64,000 nt of DNA, taken from the NCBI GenBank assembly GCA_026770705.1, contig JANJGN010000026.1, positions 3,162,001-3,226,000 on the forward strand, written 5' to 3'. Shown piece by piece: positions 27,829 through 38,681 of the stretch (position 1 is its first letter; each line of letters begins with the position of its first letter). This DNA is from Isurus oxyrinchus. Taxonomy: Eukaryota. The notes beneath the pieces are model-generated. The model was not told where the DNA came from. It saw only the letters and a list, made by a program, of their open reading frames with translations, and made no database searches. The position numbers were made by a program, and so were the translations under genes.

Positions 27829-29320
27829 ATGCATGCTCGTGTAAACGGTGTCGTGTTTGCCATCTACTACCCAGTATTTGCAGCTTTTGCTGTTTCAGGC
27901 AAGGGACCACAGTTCAGTGTGTATTGCATAAGTCTCGAGCTACTTACATTTTGCATAAAATATTACACACTGCATTGATTGTACATCTCATTGTTACTTT
28001 GAGGATTTCATTGTGCAAGTTTCTAGTTCAAAGTGTTGTTCCACCATGAAAACGTGTCTCCAAGCAATGTTTACTATACTAATCTTTAGTTTAGGTTATT
28101 TATGATTGGCAAGTAAGGGAGGTGTTTCTGTGCAAGGCTTTGCATCAGGTAAATAGTTGCTGCTGATGTATTAAAAATAGCTATACATTGTTTCATTGTT
28201 CATTGTTTCAGGCATTAATGTGCTGGGGAGGCTTTACAAGGGTCATTTATTGCCCATATATTTTAAGCCATGATTGTTGCAGCTAGGTTGCGACAGAAGG
28301 ATACTTATTTTAAAAAAATATCTGCTTAAGTTAACACTCTTCTAGGAACTGATGAATTCGTTGGACCAGTAAGGTGTAATTCAGCACTAATCCCTTTTTC
28401 TCTTCTTTCCAGGCAACTTGGTGACAATTATGATCCTGTCCCGAGGAAAGTGTGGCCTCTCTGGATGTATCACGCGTTACCTGGTATCTATGGCAGTGTC
28501 AGACCTGCTGGTCATTATCACTGGGGTAATCTTGAACAGGATACGTGGTATTTATTTCCCAGTTAGTCTTCTAAGCACCACTCCAGCCTGCAGTGCAATC
28601 GCTGTCCTGATTTATGCAGCCAGAAACAGTTCAGTCTGGTTGACAGTCGCTTTCACCTTCGATCGTTGTGTTGTCATTTGTTACCAAAATCTGAAAAACA
28701 AATTTTGCACAGAGAAAACAGCGGCTGTGGTTGTAGGGACCGTCTGTGCTTTCAGCTGTATTAAAAACGTACCCAGTTATTTTATCTATGAACCACTGTT
28801 TGTAATGAACAATGTGCCATGGTTTTGCAACATCAAGTCGATATATTATGCTTCAACTGGCTGGGCAGCATATGACTGGCTGGACCGTATTCTTACCCCA
28901 TGTGTACCTTTCGTTCTAATTATTATATTCAATGTTGTGACCATCAGGCACATTCTAGTAGCCAACACAGCCCGCAAGAGACTCCGGGCCCAGAGTGATG
29001 GAAAGAATCTGAGTGACCCCGAGATGGAGAGCCGGAGAAAGTCTATCATTTTACTGCTGTCTATATCAGGCAGCTTCATCCTGTTCTGGATGGTATATGT
29101 TATAAATTTGGTATATGTGCGAGTTACAAACAGTAAGTATTCAGCGGGCACCAATTTAACTGACCCAAGGTCCATTCTGCAAGAAAGCGGATATATGCTA
29201 CAACTGTTCAGCTGTTGCACAAACACGTGTATTTATGCAGGGACACAGAGTAAATTCAGAGCGGAGTTAGTGAATGCTGCAAAATCTCCATTTAAACTCA
29301 TCCCAAAAATGATTAAATAG
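27829..29320 (+). CDS. GPR139-like: Class A (rhodopsin-like) orphan GPCR, GPR139/GPR142-like shark-expanded family; join(27829..27898,28413..29320), 325 aa
   Basis: Exon 1 MHARVNGVVFAIYYPVFAAFAVS splices in phase 1 (CAG|GCAAG donor, ttctttccAG acceptor) to GNLVTIMILSRGKCGLS. Seven hydrophobic segments; TM1 GN, TM2 MAVSDL, TM3 FTFDRC, TM6 FILFW, TM7 NTCIY, helix 8 SKFRAEL; open to TAG at 29318-29320. Family member, not claimed to be the GPR139 ortholog. Confidence 0.88.
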
Positions 29321-29934
29321 TTTAATTTCAAAAATCATCTCAGCGTCAACGTGTTCCTTCTCATGTTTTTTTCATCCTCTCTCAACGCTGGCTGCCCATT
29401 GGATATTTTGCCCGTATCCCATCCCATTTGTTTACTTCATCACCAGTGTGAATACATCATGTGGACTCCATCCCTCTGGATCATGGAATGGTGCCTTTGA
29501 ATTGCTAAACTCTGGAAGTTACTCCATTATTTAGAAATGGTGGCTAGAGGAAATTGGTCACTGGAGTCGTCTCTTTTTAATGCTAGTGAAACGCGATTAC
29601 TGAAATCTATGAAAAACGATGAAGTGACCAAGTACAAACTGAGCAAATTGTCACTTTAGACATGTGACCAGTGGCAGCACGGGTTCTAGGAAAAAGACTC
29701 AACACCAAGTTTTAGGCCAATTAAATGGAGAATAAATGTTCGTCCTCCCAGCAAAATGCGTTTCTGGGTAATTAATTAGGAAAAAAATATCACTGCCAAA
29801 CAAATTCCATGGCAGATATTGCACTGCCTTAGAGCTATGAGACCTGCAACATAGAGACTATTGTCTCCACATTCAAACTCATTTATTTCCTTTATCATCA
29901 AGATTGCAACAGCCTTTTTACATTCTTGACTTCG

Positions 29935-30545
29935 TATTCATTTATGGGATGCCAGCCTGTCTGGCTAGACCAGAGTTTATCTCCCATCTCTAGTTGCCCG
30001 TGTGAAGGTGGTGGTAATCTGCCTTGTTGAGCTGCTGCAGTCAATGTGATGTAGGTACATCCAAAGTGTAGGTAGGGAGGGAGTCCCAGGATTTTGGTCC
30101 AGCGACAGTGAAGGAACGGCGGTATATTTCCAAGTCAAAATGATGAGGGACTAGCAGGGGCACGTGCAGGTTGTCGTGTTCCCATATATCTGCTGCCCTT
30201 GACCTTTTGTATGGTAGTGGTTGTGGAATTGGAATGTGTTGTCAAAGGAGCCTTGATGAATCGCTACAGTATATTTTGTAGATAGTACACACTGCTGCTA
30301 TTAGTGCCTCGGTGAAGGGTTGAGTGAGTATGTGTGGGAGAGGTGCAAAACAAGGGGGTTGCTTTGTTGTGGATTATGTGAGGTTTCTTGGATGTTGTGG
30401 GAGCTGCACTCATCATGGCAAGTGGGGAGCATTCCATCACACTCCTGATTTGTGCCTTGTAGATGGTGGGCTGGATTTGGGGAGCCAGGGGGTGAGTTGC
30501 TCACCGCAGGATGCCTAGTCACTGACCTGCTATGGTAGCCACAGT
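29935..30545 (-). mobile_element. LINE 3' fragment (same family as 5234-8775)
   Basis: Reverse complement matches ~8230-8775. Confidence 0.75.
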
Positions 30546-30924
30546 GTCATTAGAGACCACTGAGTATCTTAGATTGCATTACTGGGATGAAGGTGGAAGG
30601 TAATTCTGCTTGCCTACAGTGGCCCGGCTCTGAGTTTAACAAAGACTATAGAGGTGTGTCAGGCAGAAGGTGGCAATGATAGTCCTGTGACCTGTCTTCT
30701 TAAGTCTAAGGTCAAAGAAGGCTGGTCTCAAGAACATCTAACTGCCACTTTTATGTGGATACGAATGTGTTGCAAATTGCCATGGGGAAGATGACAGAGG
30801 ATGCTATTTTTGACGTCACGTTAAAGGCTTGACTAAAAATCAGCGAATACCGAAAACAGGCAGAAGCACTTTGCAGTCACTAAAGGTTATAAGCTCCGTA
30901 GAGCTTTACAGGCTTAGCATGGTG

Positions 30925-31490
30925 ACTTAGCCCCTGACTCCTTGCTGCCTGCCCACAATCAACAAGTCACAATTCAGAAATGTGATGGAATACTCCCCAT
31001 TTGCCTGGATGAGTGCAGATCCCACAGCACTCAAGAAGCTTGACACTATCCAGGGCAAAGTAGCCGCATGATTGGTGCCACATGCACAAACATTCATTCC
31101 CTCCATCACCACGCACGATGACACAGTGTGCACCATCTACAAGATGCACTGCAAAGGTCACCAAGGCTCCTTCGACAGCACCTTGCCAACCCACGACCAC
31201 TACCATCTAGAACGACAGGAACAGCAGACACATGGGATCACGACATCGAGACGTTCCCCGCCAAGACACCCACCATCCTGACTTGGAAAAATACCGCCAT
31301 TCCTTTACTGTCACTGGGTGAAAAATTCCGGAACTCCTTCCCTAACTGCACTGTGAGTATACCTACATCACATGGATTGCAGTGCTTCAAGAAGGCAGCT
31401 CACTATCAGCTTCACAACGGCCACGAGGGATGAGCAATAAATGCTCATCCAACAACAGTTGCCCACCTCCTGTGAATGAATAAATGAAAG
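30925..31490 (+). mobile_element. LINE 3' fragment (same family as 5234-8775)
   Basis: Matches ~8280-8775; ends gcccacctcctgtgaatgaataaa. Confidence 0.8.
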
Positions 31491-32579
31491 AGGGAATGCT
31501 GGAGGGAGACAGTCTCTCTTCCAAGAGATGCACAGAAGATTCCAGAACAGGTCACATGACTCCATTATTTTATCTTCATTGTAAAGCTAAACTACCACAT
31601 TAGAATAATGTGATAAACCTCTTCATAACAAAACAATTCACTTACTCTGTCCTTTTGTTTTATTTTTCTGCTTCCAAGAGACATATCCTGCAGCCAAGTA
31701 AGGATTCATGTATGGGGACGGTAAGGGGGTAAGGGAGGGGGCGGGAGTGGCCAGGGAGTGCAATGAATTATTGGAACAGCGTTACCGCTGCTGGTAGATT
31801 TAAGAATCTCTCTGAAATCTCAGGATGGCACCTTAGGAATGGACACTCGACTTCCATACTCGGCACAAGGGGATACGGAAACCCACTGGAAGCTGAAGTC
31901 AACTGTCCATTGTTACTCAAAGGCTTGTCAGCCACGTGGAGCCTGGGAGTGTCGGTGGGTAGACAAAGGAAAAGGACACTTTTTGCAAGATAAAGTGTAA
32001 GTTCCCTCCAAAATGTAACAAAGTGTTTAGTCGTCTGTTACAAAAAGATTTTTTTAAAGTATATGAAAACGGCTTGCTTCATTTTACAACAGGTATTTGG
32101 AAGTTTGAATTTAATTTTAACAGGTAATGGTCTTTGCAGAGATTGAAAGTTCAATGAATTTATTTCCAATACGGAATAGTTTGTTAATGGTGACACGATA
32201 AATATGTCGCCGGGAGGAGACTCAGATACAAGGGGGAAGGAAGGTGCCTTGTTTCATCTTATGCACCCTGGGTCAGTTCAGGACACCAAAACTTCTCCAA
32301 ACGAAGACAACAACCAAAGCCTTCCAGTCCATGGAGTAGGGGACATGTGGCCCAAGATGTGCGTCGAAGCATCATGGAGGCCCTGACTTGCTGAGCTCCC
32401 TATGGATTGCCTGGGAAGTTCAGAGGTCCAAAGGGAAACTTGCATGCTCCACAGCACCTTCCATTAATGTCTCTGATCCTGAGCTGGAGCTGGAGGATTC
32501 ACCCAGTTCTGATGCACTTGCCTGAATAATTACCAAGGAATAATTAGAAATATTAAAACGTAGTCTAACTTCAGGGTAA

Positions 32580-33900
32580 TGACACAACTGGCCCGTCACT
32601 CACTCACACTGATCACTCGAATCTCCCCTCGCCCAGCCGATGACCCTGGGGCCAACCCTCCTGAACCCCTGACACCCCATTTGACAAGCCGTTTGACTGA
32701 CCCGACCTGACCAGACAAAAATGCCCGACAAACTGATGATCCCAACCTCCAAAACATTCCCCCGACCACATCTGACTACCCCATCAGAACACGCTGCCCA
32801 CCAACAAGTTGACTAACCCCCGCCAGAACTGACGCCTTCCTGCCGAGCACACTACTAACTCGACCTGAATGGCCGCTGAGCTGACCACTCATCCAGAACC
32901 CACTGTCCTCCGAACTACCTAAGTAGACATCATCTACCCACATGCTCAAGTCATGAACTTGCCACCTTATCCAATTTCCACCTCCCACACCTGCCTTGCT
33001 AACCACCTACCACCCCCATCTACCCATCTCCACAACCAAATGACTTTCTGAAATCTGCCATCTCACTCACATGCTACCATGTCCATCCACAAACTCAACC
33101 AGCTGCCAACTTTACCAACTACCACTTCCCCCAACTACCACTCTAGCAATGCATCACCCTTTCTCTGCCACACTGCCTAGGTGCAGTTCAGCCACGCAGT
33201 CCACCTGACACCTGACCCATCTACCATTCGTCCCATCTTTTACCTCACACACTTGCCCACCCTGTCCACATGTCACATGACCCATCTGTCGCTCTTCCCA
33301 TCTTTACCCTCCACCCACCTGTCACCCTGTCCAGCTAACATATCACAAATCTGCCATCCTAACACCCTTCCACATCATCCACCTTCCACTTCACCCACCT
33401 GTCACACTGCACAGATGCCATCTTTACCCACCTGTCATGACAACCCCCTGTCACTCTATACAGCTAGCACGTCACCCAACTGCCACCTACCACTTAGCAC
33501 CCCACACACCAGCACCTCACCCAACTGCCAACTCGCCCGCTTTCATATTGCCCAGCTGCCACTCCTAAACAACCTTCAACTCTGCTTTAGAGTCGACAGC
33601 TCTGGAGGGCACTTACTTGTTTCCTTGGAAGGTTACCCAGGGAATGTTGGACACAGAAGGCCTTGTCTAGATGATGTGTTACATAGCTATTAACTCACAA
33701 TAACACCTCCACTAACCAACAGGCCCAATAGTCCCGACCACGTGTACCATGAAGAACCCCCCCGAAGTTCCGACACCGCTCGAACCCCCGACCTAACCTA
33801 GATACCCCCCTCAACCTGTCTATTCCAGAAGATTCTACCGATCGTACCCTCTGACCGCACACCCGCACACCCTGGAAACCACCCTTGCGCAATCCTAAGC
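32580..33900. repeat. C-rich low-complexity tract (cccacctg/cccgac-like motifs)
   Basis: Strong C-over-G skew; the Pro/His/Thr-rich ORF 33181-33693 is compositional. Confidence 0.55.
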
Positions 33901-34479
33901 CAAAATGGCCACCTGTCCCATCTCCATAGATGCTCTGGGACCTGCTGAGTTTTCCAAATGCTTCTGATGCTTTTCCCCCTTAAAGTCATCTCTGCTCTTC
34001 AACTCTGCTATATGGCAAGGTCCATATTCTGTTCACTCTCTATATAAGGAAACAAATCCTGATTGCCCAACTGGTTGTTTGGGTCATCATGCAAAAATAT
34101 GACGTCCAGTAGAACCTATCAACGACCTCTGTTCTATCAGCATTCTGCTATCCCTATTTGTACAGAAAAGACTGCCAGATATGCCGTCAGCCTTATTAGT
34201 TATAAATTCCATTCTTGCATCGAGGTTACAAGAAGATTTTTCTCCTTCTCCAGTCCACCTCCGTCATTTTTTTGATTTGCAGGTCAGCCCTGCCTCCAGT
34301 GCATTAAGAGTCACATGGAGATCAGAGATGCAACTGCTGCATTAAATCTAACATGAAGGCCTCAACTATTCATCACAGTCGAAGTCTGGTTTAACTGATG
34401 TATTTCAACAATTTCAACATATATTGTTTCCTAGTAACAGATTCCACCTCCCCTATATTTTAAGATGATGCTATATTTG

Positions 34480-34700
34480 CGAGGGATGTGGGCGCCGCTG
34501 GCTGAGCTAGCATTTATTACGCAACCCTAATTGCCCCCTGAGAAGGTGGTGGTTTGCTGCTGTCTTGAACCGCTGCAGTTGATGTGATGCAGGTACCCCC
34601 ACAATGCAGTGAGGGAAGGATTTCCAAGATTTTGGACCAGAGGCAGTGAAGGAACAGCGTGGAAAAGTGCTGTCAAAGGAACCTTGGCGCACGGCTGCAA
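34480..34700 (-). mobile_element. LINE 3' tail fragment
   Basis: Reverse complement of the family tail (gggatgtgggcg...ccctaattgcccc...aaccgctgcag). Confidence 0.7.
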
Positions 34701-37700
34701 GGATTCTTGCAGATGAGTCACCCTGCTGCCACTTTACATGTTGCCAGCCAAGCAGGAAACTTTATCCTGGCTCCTTGCTCCAGTTAATCCACCTCCCTGA
34801 TCCCCATGTGCCTCCAATTCAGATCTCGTGTGCATTGTCAATTTTCTTTCTTTCATGGGATGTCGCTCCAAAATTTCCATTTAACTTATACCTTTCCAGG
34901 CCATGGTGGAAGGCAGTTTAAACTCAGACAAATTGGTGTGGATCTGGAGTCTCATGTCGCCCAAGACATGTAAGGATCTCAGATTTCCTTCCTGAAGCGT
35001 CATTAGTGAACTATATCTTTTTAACGGCAATCAATTATAGTTTTCTGGTCACTATTAGCAAAGCTATCATTAATATTACTAGTTCATTGACATCACCACT
35101 ATGCCACCATCTTGCTATATCCACTAATAGAGTATGTGACTTCAGCTCTCCGAACATTAAGCTCCAGAAATGTATTATTAACTCTGTACACTACTTTAAC
35201 CTATCTCTGCTACTTCAAGAAGTGCTTTAAAGCAACGTTATTTTGCAAAGCTTTGGGTTAGTTGACTTGATAGGATCTTACTTGACTTGGCATCAGATGT
35301 TGTCTGATTTTGCTCCTATGAAGCTCGCACGATTAATTTGCTGTAAAACTGGAACTTCTTGTTGTGCAGTGAACTATCGATATCTGCAAATTCCAAAGGT
35401 CGCATTCGGAGATATGCATTGACTTTGAAATTATCCTCGTACTTTTTTTTTAAGTTACCTCTTGTATCATTGATATTTTCCTGCCTTCTAAGTCAGATGA
35501 TTGTGGGTTCGATCTCCTTTCCACAATTCTGCCATTTGATCGAGGCTCATAATGCACCCTAACAGTCTGAGGGGTGCTGAAGTCTCAGTGTTGCTGGGTT
35601 TTAATTGAGTGGCTTATTTTTGGCCCGATCCGAGAGTTCAGGTGCATGTTGAAGATTCCATGGAGAATTGCAGGAGCAGTGATATATCCCAGAGTCTATT
35701 AAATGTATTCTGGCCAGAAGCAGCATTGTTTAGACTGGCTTCGTATTTGCTCATTTTATTTTCTTTATTGGTATTATTTTAGCTTAATTGGATATGGAAT
35801 CAGACAATTTAAAGTGTAATTATTTCCCTGTGGAGTGTATGGGAAATACTGACTCTGTGAAAGGTGACCTATGAAGCAGAGTATGTCTTTCTTGCCATGA
35901 TCGTCAACCTGGCTAAACTCACACAATTTAGCCACTGTCACAGCACAGAGAGAGCAGGATCTGTCCGTATATCCAATGTGAAGCAAAGGCACCGAGAGTT
36001 GATTATTCAAAGAGAATCTCAGTCTGCAGTAAATCAACTGATCGGATTTGTGTCACCAATAATGGCACTTTCATTTTTCCCCCTTCCTAAGTGTATCAGG
36101 CCACTATTCTGTGCAGCCTGTTGAAAAAAAACGCTGAAGCTAATGGCGAGGTTTGAAAGATTGTTAGTAGGCCTCCTTACCAAGCAGTCCACAAACAATA
36201 ATTACACTCTGAAAAAGAACCATTAAAGTTTCAATGGGCAAAAAAAAAAATACATGACAATCAAGTATCATTGCATGGTTTACCGACTGGACAGTGCAAT
36301 CTGGCGTAGCTTTCTTTTGTACCTGGTGGTTCTGAGTGAAGCACAGGGCAGGAGTCCAACAATTCATTAATCGTTGCTATGCCATCTCAGCCATGTCATG
36401 GAAAAATGTATTTGTGGTCATGTCAGAGAATATGTGTCTAGGTGATGTACCTGCCATGACTGACTGACACAGAGTTAAGCAAATCTTGCTCAGTCTTGGA
36501 ACAGCCAATAGGTGGAGCTGCTCTTTTGTGCTGTGGGATCGTTCCATGCTGGGAAACGTCTCGCTGAGTGAAGGATGCAGTCTCCCAATGGACCGGGTAG
36601 CTATCCATGCTGTGAGCTCACAGAGTAGTAGTCAGTCCGTCACAGAAGGAGGCTATTCGGCCCATGATTCCTGCAGCGAGTCTTGTTGAAGTAGTCATCT
36701 GTGTATATTATCCTCAATAGCCCTTCTTTGTACACACTCAGCTGCACCAAGTTATTGAATGCAATTTATATCCATGCTTCGCACAGTCTAAATCTTTTAA
36801 TTATCCCAGCATGGTTCACTTGCGATGACTCAAGCCCAGATGAACAGCATAAATTGCTGCTCTTGCTTAAGTGAAGATCTTTCCATCGGCTGCCTGATCC
36901 AACAATACACCTTCAGCTCCTATTGATGAAAGGCGCATGGCCGGGTATAGTTCAGGATAGAGGAGGTATAGCAGGATCAACACTCACTTTCCAATTGCAA
37001 AATTGAATGATCTTGGTTAGTTGTCAGGAATATGATATTGTTCAATTCAATGAGCTCGCGTACACAAGAAGCAAGCATTCCAGGATAACAGTGAATTTTT
37101 TACATGACAAAGTTTACTCTGTTGTAGGACAGTTACTCGTAAAATTATGATGCTTCTGAATTCACTAAAGCCACATGCGCTCCATCCAACTAGAAATACC
37201 AGCCAGGGTGCGACAGGTTGCAGAATTAGGGACTTGATAGTAGTGACACCTTCAGGGGGTTGAGGGAATTGTTAATGTCATTTTTAATCCAGCCGCTCAC
37301 AGTTCTAACCCACAGGGTAACCACCCCTATGGTGTTACTATGGCAGAATGCTGGAGCTGCCATAGGAAATATACGATACAATGTATTACAGATTTCACAG
37401 AATTTTAATAACCAAATAAACAGAGAATTGTAACCATAATGAATCACAATAGTCGTAGCGAGCCTGATGGGATGTCAATGCTGACATCATCAATAGCAAC
37501 AAAATCTGATGACAGTGGGGAAAGGCTAACGTCGCTGTTCAGATTATATTGTCAATATATATGCACGTTAACTGGTTAAAATACTGTGGAATCATTTGTT
37601 TGTACCGGCGACTAACCTTTTCTGTAAAATGTCAATAACTTCTGAAAGGCAAACATAAACCGCGCCAATCAGGCACAGCTGAATCTTGAGCTAAAATGTG

Positions 37701-38155
37701 ACTCCGCCTTCATTTTCCTGATGTTCTCTTAGCTTAGTTTAGCCTGTGAACTGCAAGTGATTCGAGCCTGAGTCCACCCTTCCAATCAGATTGGGGCCGA
37801 GGTCACCTTCTGAATAGATTTTTGATTATTTTGTTGTTATCGGCTCCTAAAAAGCAATGAAAATAACTTCAACCACGTGTGATTGATTCTCTTTTTTCCC
37901 CCCATGGAAACTTGTAAATGATGTACACGTCATCATTTAAAAGCGCTCCTCTGTCCTAGGTGCCCTGTTTGGCCACGATTGTCATCACCCAACAAGTATC
38001 CCTATGTTTTTTTGAAAATTACTTGAGTCGTCTTTTCATGTTCCATTATTTTGACTTCCAATGCAATGTACCCCTGCCAACTGCCGTTGTTGTGTAACAT
38101 CTAGCCTATATTTAACATGTTCTCAATAATAACAAACTCCATCTATTGATTCTAG

Positions 38156-38313
38156 AAACCCCTCAAATAATGGAAGGTCTGGAAGACCAATTGGTAGAGG
38201 AAGGCGGATCAGAAAACTTCGACGAGGATGTAGGCACTGCATCAACTGTAGTCACTTTCGTCAACTTGTTTATTCTCAGTATGATGTATAGCTCATACTT
38301 GACAGTCCTTAGG
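38156..38313 (+). CDS. Immunoglobulin heavy-chain transmembrane exon (TM1), isolated; IgNAR/IgW-like
   Basis: Phase-1 acceptor (ttctAG) and phase-0 donor (AGG|GTAATG), as in IgH TM1 exons. Acidic spacer (E)TPQIMEGLEDQLVEEGGSENFDED followed by ASTVVTFVNLFILSMMYSSYLTVLR, matching the antigen-receptor TM (CART) pattern TF..LF.LS..YS...T. Confidence 0.8.
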
Positions 38314-38387
38314 GTAATGACAGCTCACAATAGTACAGTGAAATTGTGTAACTTTATTCAGAACTTCACTTGGCACTCCCCCAGACA

Positions 38388-38681
38388 GTAGTGGCGTCGT
38401 GGTTTTCTCACTGGACTGGTAACCCAGAGGTCCAGGTTTCGAACTCCACCACAGCAAATGGTAAATTCAATAAAACACCTTGGAGCAGAAGTTGAAAGAT
38501 GACCATGAAATCATTGTTGATTGTCATGAACACATATCCTATTCACTAATGCCCTTGAGGGAAGAAATTGTGCTGCCCTCACTTGAACAGACATGTGGTT
38601 GACTCTTAGAAATGCCAACTGAGCAAGGGCAATTAGGGGATAGACAATTAGCAACGCCCACATCCCAAGAGCGAAAAAAAA
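38388..38681 (+). mobile_element. tRNA-derived SINE
   Basis: A box tggcgtcgtgg, B box ggtttcgaactcc; 3' tail gggcaattagggga...gcccacatccca + A-run shared with the LINE family. Confidence 0.8.

Noticed and set aside
28846-29226. 126-aa antisense ORF
   Set aside because: Shadow of the GPCR coding strand
33181-33693. 170-aa Pro/His/Thr-rich ORF
   Set aside because: Lies in a C-rich low-complexity tract, GTG start, no recognisable domain
35300-38150. Searched for Ig constant or secretory exons upstream of the TM exon
   Set aside because: No C1-set pattern (L.C.V..F.P, W, Y.C.V.H) seen in any listed ORF or by eye; heavily decayed exons cannot be excluded without an HMM search
38314-38391. Read-through cytoplasmic tail after the TM exon
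   Set aside because: A GT donor sits exactly at the canonical TM1 end, and the read-through stops at a SINE boundary; most likely intron
38388-38460. tRNA gene
   Set aside because: A/B boxes belong to a SINE head followed by SINE body and LINE-derived tail
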